From: an uncultured Candidatus Rokubacteria bacterium
GTDB lineage: Bacteria; Methylomirabilota; Methylomirabilia; Rokubacteriales; CSP1-6
NCBI GenBank assembly: GCA_963754315.1
Contig: CAVWFS010000009.1
Span: forward strand, 97,168-161,167
DNA: 64,000 bases
Direction of reading: 5' to 3'
This document shows positions 63,641-64,000 of this stretch, one piece after another. Position 1 is the first letter of the stretch. The number at the start of each line of letters is the position of its first letter. Made by a program: the position numbers and the translations under genes. The notes under the pieces were generated by a model. The model saw only the letters and a list, made by a program, of their open reading frames with translations, had not been told where the DNA came from and ran no database searches.

Positions 63641-64000
63641 TCAGCTAGGGGTTGGTCCTCCATTAGCACGCCGGCGCAGCTTGAGGAGGTAGCTGAAGCG
63701 CTTGGCGGGATGAACACTGATCGTGATCTCGAAGGCCCGGCCGGTTGGGTCGCGATAGTGCCGGGTGATCTCAAGTGCTGGCGTCTCGGGCTCGCACTCG
63801 AGCAGACGGGCGATCCGGGCGGGGACGGCGATCGCACGGATCTCCTGATCCACCTCGGCGGCGTAGACACCATATTCCTGCTCGATGATGGCCGAGACGA
63901 GCTGGGTGTTTTGCGCACTTGCCGCCGGACAGCTTTGCCGTAGGCAGGATCGATGTAGATGCGCGTCCAGGCGATTGGGCGTTCGGGCTGCTGCGGATTG
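63641..64000 (-). CDS. GntR-family regulator, UTRA domain (partial, runs off window)
   Basis: ALEITRHYRD..FEITISVHPAKRFSY. Confidence 0.8.
   Translation of the reverse strand, partial: QSAAARTPNRLDAHLHRSCLRQSCPAASAQNTQLVSAIIEQEYGVYAAEVDQEIRAIAVPARIARLLECEPETPALEITRHYRDPTGRAFEITISVHPAKRFSYLLKLRRRANGGPTPS

Overview
GC-rich bacterial window. The gene content suggests Candidatus Rokubacteria/Methylomirabilota (inference from the ABC substrate-binding and zinc-ribbon cyclase paralogs and the palindromic repeats). Many single-base frameshifts, including in pheS and rny, point to an error-prone long-read assembly. Layout: (1) 0-12 kb accessory region with gene remnants, an IS3 scar, a sigma54-driven double-glycine-type peptide, a LuxR regulator and a Tat protein. 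(2) 12-19 kb hydrolase and catabolic genes. (3) 19-24 kb partner-switching signalling cluster (STAS, MBL hydrolase, CHASE2-PP2C, OmpA, FecR, RsbW-like) with no sigma factor in view. (4) 24.3-26.3 kb three-gene cassette: NHLP-leader-like peptide, cNMP-binding protein, and an RRE/PqqD-fused M50 protein whose catalytic Glu is replaced (HQxxH). This is the best candidate for an undescribed system. (5) DAHP synthase preceded by a Phe/Tyr-rich leader peptide and attenuator. (6) Housekeeping block tRNA-Val, thrS-infC(ATT start)-rpmI-rplT-pheS-pheT-zapB-like-zapA-6S RNA-rny-ymdB-xseAB-ispA-eno-ftsB-GT2. (7) A wHTH-AAA-TPR regulator divergent from a beta-propeller diheme protein. (8) An abrupt junction at about 57.28 kb into a Tn3 end, a dif-like site, vapBC and a tartrate/D-malate dehydrogenase cluster. 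All family assignments come from motif recognition by eye; no database searches were run.
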